Shown here in pieces: positions 1 through 11,931 of a stretch of DNA of 64,000 nucleotides; the first letter of the stretch is position 1, and each line of letters begins with the position of its first letter. Under the pieces are notes generated by a model, which was not told where the DNA came from, ran no database searches, and worked only from the letters and a program-made list of their open reading frames with translations. The translations under genes were made by a program, and so were the position numbers. Origin of the DNA: Octopus sinensis (taxonomy: Eukaryota); assembly GCF_006345805.1 (NCBI RefSeq), contig NC_043010.1, positions 10,230,001 through 10,294,000 on the forward strand, written 5' to 3'.

Positions 1-228
1 ATTGAGCGAAAACACCTAAAGCTTGACGAGGCTCCAGCAAGGGGTGGTGGTGACCCCTGTTGTACTCTTTTGCTCCAACTTTCTCTCATTCTTTCTTCCT
101 GTTTCTTGAGTACTACTGCAATGGATTGGCGTCCCGTCCAGCTGGGGGGAACACATGCGCCACAGAAACTGGGAAACTGGGCTCATAAGCCTGGCTAGGC
201 TTGAAAAGGGATGCATAAATAAATAAAA
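1..228 (+). mobile_element. SINE 3' part (family C, V-domain-like), 5' end outside window
   Basis: Highly similar to 60575-60850. Contains GCAATGGATTGGCGTCCCGTCCAG, resembling the V-SINE central motif (from recall). Ends in ATAAATAAATAAAA. Confidence 0.7.
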
Positions 229-240
229 GTGCATACTTAC

Positions 241-327
241 TACTTCCTCAGTGTTCTCAATATTGGTGACAGAGTAAGCGAATAACTCAAATCATAAACC
301 TTCAAATCCTTACAAATATTTGCTAAG
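241..327 (-). CDS. Candidate internal exon (87 nt, phase 2-2): LANICKDLKVYDLSYSLTLSPILRTLRK
   Basis: Minus-strand acceptor tagtcttcag, donor gtaagt, open frame, unique sequence. No homology recognised. Confidence 0.35.
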
Positions 328-454
328 CTGAAGACTAGATATTACCCCATATTCATTTGAAATTTCAAGTTTCCACCTAAACAGTGTTTTAAAAGTTTTA
401 ACTCATTTACCGTATTGATTCCCTTGTTTTACTAAATATCTTAACAGCTTATTT

Positions 455-692
455 ATTCTCTTTCTCTTTCTCTTTTCTCTTTTACTTGTTTCAGTCATTT
501 GACTGCGGCCATGCTCGAGCACTGCCTTTTTAATCGAGCAACTCGACCCTGGGACTTATTCTTTTGTAAGCCCAGTACTTATTCTATCAGTCTCTTTTGC
601 CGAACCGCTAAGTAACGGGGACATAAACACACCAGCATCGGTTGTCAAGCAATGCTAGGGGGACAAACACAGACACACAAACACACACACGC

Positions 693-748
<56 letters not shown>

Positions 749-871
749 TACGACGAGCTTCTTTCAGTTTCCGTCTACCAAATCCACTCACAAGACTTTG
801 GTCGGCCCGAGGCTATAGTAGAAGACACTTGCCCAAGTGCCACACAGTGGGACTGAACCCGGAACCATGTG
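455..871 (-). mobile_element. tRNA-derived SINE family A (CORE-like, internal (TA)n), head truncated
   Basis: Near-identical to at least 11 other copies in the window. Minus strand carries B-box-like GGGTTCAGTCCC, CORE-like CACTTGGGCAAGTGTC, an internal microsatellite and a (AAAAGAG)n-type tail. Confidence 0.85.
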
Positions 872-1360
872 AAATGTGTTAATATTATTAATAATAGTAC
901 TATATCTAACAATTTTCCTTGCGCAAACACCATAACCAATAAAAGAAAGAATTTTACTACTGAACCATGGCATTGAAGCCACTTGGAAACCCAAATTTTC
1001 TGCTTTATTATAAATGTCAGTACATATTTCATTGTTATCCTTAATTACTAGATTGACATCTAAATAATTAATATTTCTTATATTATTACCATTTCTAGTG
1101 GCTATAAGCTCACTGGGGTATATTTTTCTGAGCAAAAATTCAAAGAAACCATAATTAGGTATAAATATATCATTTATGTTTCTGCAGCATCCATCAGGTT
1201 GTTTAAGCAAATCCAACTTTTTCCTAGCAGATAAGTCTTTAAGAAGAAGGAACTCGCATGAAGAAAGATAAAGGTCCGCCAAAAGAGGGCTACAATAGCC
1301 ACTCATTGGAATTCCCCTAACCTGCTCAAACACTCTACCCACAAACATTACAAACGAATT

Positions 1361-1502
1361 CATCATCATCATCATCATCATCGTTTAACGTCTGCTTTCC
1401 ATGCTAGCATGGGTTGGACGATTTTGACTGAGGGCTGGCGAACCAGATGGCTGCACCAGGCTCCAATCTTGATTTGGCAGAGTTCCTACAGCTGGATGCC
1501 CT
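1361..1502 (-). mobile_element. 5'-truncated RTE-tail element (family E) inserted in the PLE ORF
   Basis: Minus strand reads AAGGGCATCCAGCTGTAG...CCCATGCTAGCATGGAAAGCAGACGTTAAAC(GAT)n. It splits the PLE peptide FIINN / NSFVMF. Confidence 0.8.
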
Positions 1503-2127
1503 TATTATTAATAATAAAGCTAACCATTTCTTTCATTTTTCTTTTACTTATATTAGTATATCCATTATAACAACAATTAGACAAGAAACGTTTACCATTC
1601 TTTAAAGATATACATTTAGTAAAAATAATTTCCAATATTCTAAAAATATGACCGTCTACACATTTAAGTTTTAAGTTTGTATATAGTGTCAAAAAATCAT
1701 ACACATTCATACTCTTAACTTTCTTACATTTGATCAGTCTATCTAGAAATTCCTTAGTTGATCTAACACTCCAAAAATAATTAAATCCTGAAATGTTATA
1801 AATTTTGTCACAATATTTAAAAAAATATGTTCTAACAACATTTAAAGCATCATTAATCAATATCGATAGCTGTTTATTTGTACAATTTGTAGCTCCTGCT
1901 ATCAATCTACTTTTAAAAGGAACCTTATGTAGTTTAGGAATCCAAAAACATTTAGGGAAACTTTTATCCTTTTCTTCCACTTCTAAACCACTTAATCTTT
2001 ATAGTGTGGGTAAAAGTCTATTAATTAACTCATTAACGTTTTCAGGTATAACTTTGTATGTGTTATTACGTATAAACTTAAATTCCTTATCTGCTCCTAA
2101 CTCTTTACCTATAACTATCATAAAATA

Positions 2128-2392
2128 ATAATAAATCTCTGAACGAGGTATAAACAGTAACTGCACGACAATGTGAGGTGTATTTGCCATCTCAATATGG
2201 CTAACCACTAAGGGTGGGTGTTACTGTAGCTTTTAGCCCCAGGAGAACATCGTCTCCAGCTGGCTTTAGGCACACTTTCTGTGCCCTTAAGGTATTTGCA
2301 AAGGGAGGTCATACTTCCCTCCTGGGGCTACAAGCTACAGTAACACCCACCCTTAGTGGTTAGCCGTATTGAGATGGCAAATACACCTCACA
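2128..2392 (-). mobile_element. Hairpin-containing retroposed insertion with 12-bp TSD
   Basis: Direct repeat TATCATAAAATA at 2116-2127 and 2393-2404. 75-bp inverted arms at 2171-2245 and 2319-2393. Short (TAT)n tail on the minus strand. Confidence 0.75.
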
Positions 2393-2722
2393 TATCATAA
2401 AATATTTTTTACAAATTACTACAAAACTCCCTGCTGCTTTATCCGCTGGTACTATTACATACATTTTATGTAAATCATCTATGAATTATTTAACTAGTGC
2501 TTTATTCAGGGCTGAATCTTTCCCTATCCACTTATATTTCTTTAAATGTTTAACCACCATATAAGTTAATTTGCTAGCCCAGCTATATGTATGTATGTAT
2601 GTATGTATGTATGCATGTATGTATGTATGTATGTATGTATGTATATATATATATATGTATATGTATGTATGTATGTATCTATTTTCATAAAGCTTACCGT
2701 TGTATATATATATATATATAAT

Positions 2723-2796
<74 letters not shown>

Positions 2797-2878
2797 TCAG
2801 GGTGAGTACTTGATAATTGTAAGCACCTGTATATACCGTTTGGTGGTGTAGGTGGTGGAGTAAATATATATATTTTTT

Positions 2879-2930
<52 letters not shown>

Positions 2931-3059
2931 TATATATATATATATAGATATATATATATATATTATATATATATGTATATATATATATATATATTATATA
3001 TATATATATAGTATATATATATGTATATATATGTATGTATGTGTGTATATATATATATA

Positions 3060-3094
<35 letters not shown>

Positions 3095-3204
3095 CATACA
3101 CACACGTATATTTTTAGTCATTTATTCATTTCAGCCATGCAGCTTTGATCATGCTGGAGCACCACCATGATTCTGTACTGTTACTTATGATTTTCCTACA
3201 GCTG

Positions 3205-3424
3205 ATTCCCTCAGGGTGGTAGTGTTTCACATCACCACTCCTGTATCTGCTTTTGTCCCTATTGTTGTCCCCTTTCCTTCTCCTATGTTTCCGATGAAGA
3301 GCTCCACTCGAAACGTTAAACCCTCCTTCTTCCCTTCCTTCCTGAGCGTCCAATAATACTATATTTGTTCCACGTCCTCACGTTGTTGTGTTTTCTCTTT
3401 GTGTTTCCATGTTTGGATTAACTA
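3205..3424 (+). mobile_element. PLE pLTR-like short repeat with minimal hammerhead-ribozyme-like motif
   Basis: GTTT-CCGATGA-A-GAG(CTCCA)CTC-GAAAC-GTT-AAAC at 3287-3321. Element abuts a (TA)n tract. Confidence 0.55.
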
Positions 3425-3887
3425 TATATATATATATGCTTGTATATATGCATGTATGCATGTATATATGTATGTATATATTTACATATATTATGTAGGT
3501 ATTTGGCTGCTACTTCTCACAGATCAAGTTTTCAACACAGGAGATTAAAATTCCACAAAAATAAAAGAAAGAACAAAAAGATTTCTTTTTAAATTTACAC
3601 TTTCATATGTTTTGTTTCTTATCTACAATTGATAATTCAACTTTGATTTTGAATTTTTCAAAAAAATTTTCTCTGATTCATAAGCTTAAAACATGAGAGA
3701 TTTACTATTCTACAAAAAGCATTTTTCTTTTTTTCAAAAGTTCAGTTTTTGAATTTACCTCCTCTTTGCAAATCTCTGCCAAATGTTTCATCTTTTCTGA
3801 TGATGTCTATGAAAGTAATTATGCTTAGTGATTGTATTAAATATATGTATGTATGTATGTGTGTGTGCATGTACGTATGAAAATATG

Positions 3888-3928
<41 letters not shown>

Positions 3929-3946
3929 GTATATATATATATATAT

Positions 3947-3979
<33 letters not shown>

Positions 3980-4112
3980 TTATATATTTATACACATGCA
4001 AACACACACACACAGGCACACACACAAATGTATATGTATATGAATTGCAGTCATATGTGACAGCCAGATATAGGTTGATATAATATACGTATATATATAT
4101 ATATGTACATAC

Positions 4113-4390
4113 ATAGAATGGTTGTATACTGTCAATCTAACGTGACAGTAGGGGATTACACCACCGCTGTTTAGCCCTAGGAAGTATCGACGCTTCCTGA
4201 TGGCTTCGACACATTTTTTCCTGTGTCCTTATATATTTACGAAGGGAAGACAAACACCCTTCGTAAATATATAAGGACACAGGAAAAAATGTGACGAAGC
4301 CGACAGGAAGCGTTGATACTTCCTAGGGCTAAACAGCGGTGGTGTAATCCCCTACTGTCACGTTAAGTTGACAGTATACAACCATTCTAT
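4113..4390. repeat. Long palindrome (134-bp arms, 10-nt loop)
   Basis: Arms 4113-4246 and 4257-4390 are reverse complements with few mismatches. Confidence 0.9.
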
Positions 4391-5074
4391 CGCCCCCACC
4401 ACCATACATATCTCTATGAGATATTTAGAAATTTAATATTTCTGATATATATACATATATATATATATATATATGGAGAGAGAGAAAGAGAGATAGAAAG
4501 AGAAAGAGAGAAGGAGATGAATTTGAATATGAATATGATACAAGAGAGGATGTTGAAGAGAGATAGTCTCCATCAAAAATATGAAACCAACTGACATGCA
4601 TAAGTTCTTAAGGTCTGAATATATTTATTTGAAATATTCCCCTCCACATTTTTCAATTAATTTTCTTTTGCTGCAATAAAATTTAATGATGTTTAATTTC
4701 ATACACAACCTTCAGTCAGAAATATATTTTAAGAGAATAATTATCACCTTTATCTTCTGTGATAGATCTATGAAATAACATTACTTACTTAAATGCTTTT
4801 CTTTTTCTTTCCTTTTTTGTTATCTTTTTGTTTGTGCTTTTGTTTTATAGCTTCTTACTCATAACCAAAGTATCTGAAATCTAAAACTTTTACTTCATTT
4901 GGTGAACACCAGAATCTGAACCGATGACTTTTTCATCAATTGACGAGTACATAGTTTATATATTGAAATTTTTGGAAGTGATTAGTGGATTTGTTAAACT
5001 CTTCGGATAATTTGCACACCTATGCTTATTATGTTTTGTGCGGAAATGATGTTACTTTCAGTAACAGAAAATAA

Positions 5075-5470
5075 ATATTTATTTCTTTACTGCCCACAAG
5101 GGGCTACACACAGAGAGAACAAACAAGGACAGACAAATGGATTAAGTCATGTATATAGACCCCAGTGTATAACTGGTACTTAATTTAATCAACCCCGAAA
5201 GGATGGGAAGCAACGTCGACCTTGGTGGAATTTGAACTCAGAACATAGCGGCAGACGAAATACCTATTTCTTTATTGTCCAAAAGGGGCTAAACACAGAG
5301 AGGACAAACAATGACAAACAAACAGATTTAGTCACATATATCGACCCCAGTGCATAACTGGTACTTAATTTAATCGACCCCGAAAGGATGAAAGGCAAAG
5401 TCGACCTCGGCTGAATTTGAACTCAGAACGTAGCGGCAGATGAAATATCGCTAAGCATTTCGCCCGGTGT
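5075..5470 (-). mobile_element. SINE family B, head-to-tail dimer
   Basis: Two body units joined at AAAGAAATAG|GTATTTCGTC (boundary 5263/5264 on the plus strand). Confidence 0.8.
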
Positions 5471-5489
5471 AAATATTACTGACACTCTG

Positions 5490-5808
5490 TCATCTTACAA
5501 CAATGTGGGTTCCAGTTGATCTAATCAATGGAGCAGCCTGCTCATGAAGCTAACATGTAAGTGGCTGAGCACTCCATCAACACATGTACCCATAACATAA
5601 TTCTCAGAGAGATTCAGCATGCAGCAGAATGTGACAAGGCTGGCCCCTTTTAATTACAGGTACTACTCACTTTTGCCAGGTGAGTGGATTGGAGCAAGGT
5701 GAAATAAAATGTCTTGCTGAAGAATACAATGTGCCACCAGAAACTGAACTCAGGACCTTATGACTGTGAGCTGTACGCCCTAACCACTAAGCCGTGTGCT
5801 TTCACAGA
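5490..5808 (-). mobile_element. Old tRNA-derived SINE (family D type)
   Basis: Similar to 56680-56990. tRNA-like head at the right end (reverse complement of CCTAACCACTAAGCC). Confidence 0.65.
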
Positions 5809-5879
5809 TAGAAAATAAGTATTGAGAAGCTATTATGCATATTTTTACTCTAGTGTCAAGTACATCCTTCTTCATGGAT

Positions 5880-6072
5880 CAGAGATATAGAGAAGGATTT
5901 AAAAGATATTGCAGGTGATACAGACTTTCATCAATAACTATCTCAGGTGTATTCTTCAAATTAGACAGCTAAATAAGACAAGAAATGAAGAGCTGTTGCA
6001 GAAGAGGAGCCAGGCAGGTGCCAGCAGATGAACAGGTCCTGATGCATAAGTGGGGATGGATAGGTCGTACGT
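5880..6072 (+). mobile_element. RTE-clade LINE ORF2 C-terminal fragment
   Basis: Translates (with a frameshift) to QTFINNYLRCILQIR...NEELL...HKWGWIGRTL, matching the RTE C-terminal KWxWIGHTLR region. Confidence 0.65.
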
Positions 6073-6253
6073 TAAGCACACCGGGCGAAATGCGTAGCCA
6101 TAATTTGTCTGCCATTACGTTCTGAGTTCAATTTCTGCCGAGGTCGACTTTGCCTTTCTTCCTTTTAGGGTCGATAAATTAAGTACCAGTTACACACTGG
6201 GGTCGATATAATCGACTTAATCCGTTTGTCTGTCCTTGTTTGTCTTCTCTGTG
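6072..6253 (+). mobile_element. SINE family B monomer
   Basis: Contains CCGAGGTCGACTTTGCCTTTC...GGGTCGATAAATTAAGTACCAG and the family B tail. Confidence 0.75.
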
Positions 6254-6356
6254 TTTATATATGTATATATATTTCTCACCTGACTGGGAATGCACAGGTA
6301 GGTGGAAGTGAGAACACTCTGGAAATTGCTGGCAGTGAGATACAGAGGCAAGCTAA

Positions 6357-6665
6357 TATGAGGTGATATCAAAAAGATCCCTGACAAATTATGCTTAACA
6401 TAAAAAAACATCATCTCCTTCAGAATAGTCACCTTGCACAGCAATACACTAATCCCAGCATTCCTGCTACTTTTGGAATCCAGTCTGGAAGTCGTTATCC
6501 ATAAGCGACTCAAAAACCTTCCACTATTCACTTCGAATCTCAACAATGGTGTTAAACCAGCAATCTTTGAGCTGCATTTTCATCTTGGGGAAGAGAGGGA
6601 AGTCTGCAGGAGCTATATCTGATGAATAGGGCAGGTGCAGAAGCTACCATTTTCAGTGTTGCCTC
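6357..6665 (-). mobile_element. Mariner transposase 3' fragment with TIR
   Basis: Minus strand LPYSSDIAPADFPLFPKMKMQLK...CIAVQGDYSEGD (YSPDLAP motif). TIR-like TATGAGGTGATATCAAAAAG at 6357. Confidence 0.75.
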
Positions 6666-6889
6666 TCATTTCTCTGTCTGTCTGTCACTTTCTATGATCC
6701 CCCACTCTCTCTCTCTCTCTTCCCCTCTCTCTCTTTAGCTGTTATCTTCTATTTTTTTTTGTGGATGGGTAGGTGCAGACTAATTTTAAATGACAAAATT
6801 CCTTTGTACTTCTGACAACAGAAGGAATTATACCATTTACCTAGGTTCATGGTATAGATACATGTGCATCAGAAGGTGTGTCCGCAGTT

Positions 6890-7099
6890 TATATTTTACT
6901 TGCTGAAGTCATTAGACTGTGGCCATGCTGGGGCTTTGCTATGAAGAGCATATTTTTCTTTACATTTTTAACTCTGGTACTTTCTCTATCATTCACTTAT
7001 TGCTGAACTGCTAAGTTGCAGGAATGTAAACAGCAAAAGACAAACACAAACAGTAAAAGCAAACACAGCTTGCTGACGCATGCACACATAAATACACAA

Positions 7100-7145
<46 letters not shown>

Positions 7146-7330
7146 CACACACACACATACATGCACACATACAGATGCACATGTACATGCACACACCCAT
7201 ATTACACACTAGAATTTCTGTAAAGTTCATTCTATCAGATTCAATTCCTTGCTGTGCAGTGAGTGGGATTGAACCCAGAACCAACATGGTTGTAAAGTGA
7301 ACTTTTTAACCACACAGCCATGCCTGTGCT
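6890..7330 (-). mobile_element. Diverged SINE family A copy with internal (CA)n
   Basis: Same architecture as the young copies but more diverged. Confidence 0.65.
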
Positions 7331-7629
7331 TATATAGGTGTGTGTCTAGATACTGCATGAGTTAGTTGTTTGAATCATTAGCACACCAGACGAAAAGCTT
7401 AGCAGCATTTCTTCCAACTCTTTAGGTTGTAAGTTCAAATCCTGCTGAGGTCAACTTTCGCCTTTCATCCCTTCAGGGTCCATAAAATAAAGAAGCAGTC
7501 AAGTACTGTGACCAATGTAATTGACTTTCACCTGATTTTCTATTGATTTATAACATCCTTAACCACTCATCTATTTTATACTAATATATGACAAAAAAAA
7601 TCTAAATGATAAAGCTTCATTAATAAGCA

Positions 7630-7990
7630 CAGTGGTATATAGCTTACTTACCAACCACATGGTTCCAGGTTCAGTCCCACTGCATGGCACCTTGAACAAG
7701 TGTTTTCTACTATAGCCTTGTGAGTGGATTTGGTTGACAGAAACTGAAAGAAGCCCATCATATGTATGTACGTGTGTTTGTGTGTCTGTGTTTGTCCGCC
7801 CCACCCCCATCACTTGACAACCAATATCAGTGTGTTTACGTCCCCATAACTTAGCGGTTTGACAAAAGAGACCGATAGAATAAGTACTAGGCTTACAAAG
7901 AATAAGTCATGCGCTCAATTTGCTCAACTAAAGGTGATGCTCCAACATGGCCACAGTCAAATGACTGAAATAAGTAAAAGAGTAAAAGAG
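7630..7990 (+). mobile_element. SINE family A copy (plus orientation)
   Basis: GGTTCCAGGTTCAGTCCCACTGCATGGCACC...GTAAAAGAGTAAAAGAG tail. Confidence 0.75.
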
Positions 7991-7994
7991 TATC

Positions 7995-8150
7995 GAAAAA
8001 TACCTTAGGAATGAGAACCCAGGTTCGAAATCTCCCCATGACACCTGATGAAGGCAGGAGGGTATATCAGCCAAAACGTGTTAACAACAAACAAGATCAG
8101 GTCAAATATCTGTCAAATGTAAATAACTTAAATAATGTAAATAAGAGAAT
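7995..8150 (+). mobile_element. PLE pLTR-like repeat with degenerate hammerhead-like motif
   Basis: ACAC-CTGATGA-A-GGC...GCC-AAAAC-GTGT at 8041-8081. Its 3' part CAAATATC..TCAAATGTAAATAA is shared with 61843-61870. Confidence 0.5.
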
Positions 8151-8773
8151 TGTTTTCGATAGGTTAGTCTGTAAATCCTTGAATCAACAAAGACACATAA
8201 GAATCTTTAGTACGTTAAAGAAAGAAGCAGAAGCTAGGTTTATATGAAATACATTATTTTTAGCCTGCAAGTAGTAGTAGATTAATCACAATACTAAAGA
8301 CTATGAACTTGTTGAAGGTACTAAATGTGTTATGCTTTTTAGATGAAGTAATTAGTACCGAAGGTAGCAGGATGGCTGTAACAAAAAACAGTAGCTAGGT
8401 TGAGAATAGGGAATGAGGAAAGAAATTCAGAGAACTATTATTTCTCCTGAATACCAAATGTTTTCTCTCTCTTCCCATTGAATAAGAATAAGTCGAATGC
8501 AATAAATAATCAGAATAATTTAGTATTGATTTCTGACACATAAGCTCAAGACTTACAAATTTTTGTATGATAGGGAGAGTATACGCAATTAAATAAACCC
8601 CAGTACTTGACTGGTAATATTAATTAAGCAGTGCTAGTAAGTTCTCTTGATAATTACTTTTGATCTTCATGCATACACTAATTTCCTAAGAAATTATTAC
8701 TACTGCTACCACCACCACCACCATCATCATCACTGTTCTTGTTCTTGTTATTGTTGTTGTTATTATTTCTGTA

Positions 8774-8831
<58 letters not shown>

Positions 8832-8859
8832 TGTATGTATGTATGTATGTATGTATATG

Positions 8860-8890
<31 letters not shown>

Positions 8891-9714
8891 ATGCAGACAT
8901 ACATATATATATATACACAAATATACACACATATATATATGCATTTATAGATTTATTAAATGGGTCTCTGTATGTAATATATACAATGCATAAGCTACTA
9001 AATAATTTTCATTCATGTTATATATATTTATCAGTTAACATCTGTTTTTAATTGTAACTGACTTTATAAATGCGTGTGTGTGTCTGTATATATATGTATA
9101 CACACACGTATATGTATATATATATATATATATATATACATATATACACATATATGTATATATACATATATACACATATATACATATGTTTTTTTTTCTT
9201 TTAATAATAAATGTTATTTTACCTCTAAGCATATACAAACACATTAGCTTCAATTGTGTAAAATATAAAAGACTTGCTGATGTCTTTATATATAATGAAT
9301 ACAGCATAGATAATTAGGTAGTTCTATAATTCAATAATTCTTTTCATATGACATGAAATGCAATGGATTGGAATGCTGCAAAACATTTACTACTATCACT
9401 TGAAAAGAGTAACACATATTGCTCTTTGGAATTGGTAAAAAAAAAAAAGGGTATTATTGTTGATAGTTCAAAAATAAAACTACAGTCGCTACTATTACAT
9501 TTTTTTTGTCCTTTTATTAATATTATTATTAATTCTTTGGGCTAGAAAGAAAGGATTGACAGGATTAGTATAAAGAGGAGGATAAAATAATTTCTATCAT
9601 TTATTTATGTCACTTGTGCGTTCTGAGCTCAAAATATTTCTGGGGTCAACTTTGCTCTTATCCTTTAAAAGAAAATACCAATCATGTAATAAATGTAATA
9701 ATTTTAAAATTTTT

Positions 9715-9965
9715 ATTTTTCATTTGTTTTCAGTGATAAGAAGACTGTGGCCATGCTGGAGCATTGCATTTGATGTGTTTAACCACTAAAATTGAATTGA
9801 TCCCAGTAATTATTTCTAAGTCTGGTATTTATTCTATTGGTCTTTTCTTCTTTTTTTTTTTTTTACAAACTGCTGAGTTATAGAGATGTGGACAAATTGA
9901 CAGAGGTTTGCAAGTGCTGGGCAGCAGAAGTACAGATAAAAACACAAAGGCAGGCACACACACAC

Positions 9966-10007
<42 letters not shown>

Positions 10008-10260
10008 TATATTGTTGATATCATAAGATTCATAAATTTTGAGAAAATGTGAAATAAAGCCTTTCGGACTGGTGTATCTTGAAACAAATATAGCTATATG
10101 TAATAGGGATTAAATATTTTTTCTAGCTTTATTTACTTTTTATTGGTTGGCCCAGGATTATAGCAAAAAAAATTCTTACCCAAGGTGCCATGCAGTAGAA
10201 CTGAACCCATGACCATGAGGTTGCAAAGCAAGCTGCTTATCCACACAGCCATGGGTACAT
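9715..10260 (-). mobile_element. Diverged SINE family A copy
   Basis: GACTGTGGCCATGCTGGAGCA...(CA)n...CCACACAGCCATG. Confidence 0.6.
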
Positions 10261-10554
10261 AACATTGACTATGCCTATCCTCAACTCCAATAAAATCTGA
10301 GTTGTGATTATGTCCTGAATGAATATTATTATCATTATTAATATCACTTTAATACATTTTGTTATTTATTACATATACTATCTCACAAAAAGTCAGTTAA
10401 TTTAGCAAAAATTGTGTTGGGTAACTTTTATATTCTTACTGCAAGCAATTTATCATAGGTAACCATATATAAATTCAAAGGTAAGTCAAAGGTTTTGCAA
10501 TAATTTGGTGACTTATTTGGCTATATTTGTCAAGTGACAACAAAAGCAGTCTAG

Positions 10555-10775
10555 CATTCAAAGTAGAAGCCATCGTGTTACACTGTCTGTGACCATTTTT
10601 CTGCCAGTTCTTTGATCCAATGCTGATACCAGTTCTTGTTCTTCAAGGTGAAGAATTCCTTCACTGAAGTTTTTATCCCCTTTTGGATGATGAAGTGTCA
10701 CAAGTGCAGAAAAATGTTTTCATGAACTAGAACAAGTATCAGTCTGAGGGAACTAGGGCTGGACCACATGCTGGA
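10555..10775 (-). mobile_element. Mariner transposase C-terminal fragment
   Basis: Minus strand KEFFTLKNKNWYQHWIKELAE...HDGFYFE, typical of the mariner C-terminus. Confidence 0.65.
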
Positions 10776-10799
10776 TGTGGCATCAGTATAATTCCTGTG

Positions 10800-10950
10800 A
10801 AGGTGGCGAGCTGGCAGAAACATTAGCACACCGGGCGAAACGCTTAGCAGTATTTCATCTGCTGCTATGTTCTGAGTTCAAATTCCGCCGAGGCCGACTT
10901 TGTCTTTCATCTTTTCGGGGTCGATTAAATAAGTACCATTTATGCACTGA
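10800..10950 (+). mobile_element. SINE family B, partial
   Basis: Head GGTGGCGAGCTGGCAGAAAC plus the central domain. Confidence 0.7.
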
Positions 10951-11280
10951 GGTTGATAGTATTTAAAACTGGTCATTCCAAGTATAGAGTTTATACACAG
11001 TGTTATTGAATCAAGGGTTTTATTTAAAGTGACCTAAAAGTAGGGAATTTATTAGTAGGTCAAACATCCTAGAAACAGCTGTAAGACCTATTTATAAATG
11101 TTCTAAAATTTACACAGCCTTGATTTGTTATCTCATTATGAAAAAAAATTTATATACACACTCACACACACGCGCGCACATGCACACACACACACACATA
11201 TATACATACATATAATACATGCGTGCACATATATTTGTATGTATATATATATATATATATATATATAGTTATATATATAT

Positions 11281-11342
<62 letters not shown>

Positions 11343-11606
11343 TATATATATATATATAGTTATATATATATGCATATAAACATATATGTGTGTGTGTATA
11401 TATATATATATATATGAGAATGTAATTTTGTGAGAGGGAAGGAATTATCATTTATCAAGGGTTATGGTGTATAACTAATAATCAATGATATCAGCTCTAT
11501 TTTTGTATTTCTGTGCAATTTTACTGCAGCTATCCATATCTCCTCTTGACATTAGATTATTTCCGATGTGTTTTGTTGCAATTTTATGGACAACGTAATT
11601 AGCGTT

Positions 11607-11931
11607 AGGCTTTGGAAGTCTTAGAGTTGCTTGGCACCAAGAATTTTATTGTTCTTTCCTTCTACTTTAGAATTAGTCCATTTAAGAGGAGGAAAAAAAG
11701 ATAAAGCAAAAAGAAACAAAGAAAAACCAAAAATAAAAAACAAAAAACAAATGCGGTTGTTAACCCAAAGTTCTAATTAGTTAAGATTTTTTTTTTCTTT
11801 TATATTCAGTAATTACTCATCTGTCATGGTTTAATTCTGTTATACGATTGTTTTATTATCTGCTTCGATATTGTCAACATTCAACCAGTACCCAAGATAT
11901 TTGAATGGTTTGAAGATTTTTCAGACAAACA
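11607..11931 (+). repeat. Unique-type DNA duplicated at 16377-16822 (donor copy)
   Basis: About 325 bp near-identical to 16377-16822, apart from the insertion in the latter. Confidence 0.9.

Larger units (their letters stand above)
872..2580 (-). mobile_element. Decayed Penelope-like element (PLE) reverse transcriptase, interrupted by two insertions
   Basis: Minus-strand peptides in order: YVIVPADKAAGSFVVICKKYF (about 2400-2460), FWIPKLHKVPFKSRLIAGA, VYDFLTLYTNL, FEQVRGIPMSGYCSPLLADLYL, and a degenerate RYIDD motif (RNINDI). These match PLE RT motifs. Confidence 0.8.

Noticed and set aside
4290-4320. Hammerhead-like GTGACGAAGCC...GGAAGCGTT in the palindrome arm
   Set aside because: Both conserved boxes are broken, in both arms.
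4859-4873. 15-nt minus-strand microexon (YFGY)
   Set aside because: Splice signals are present, but 15 nt gives no independent support.
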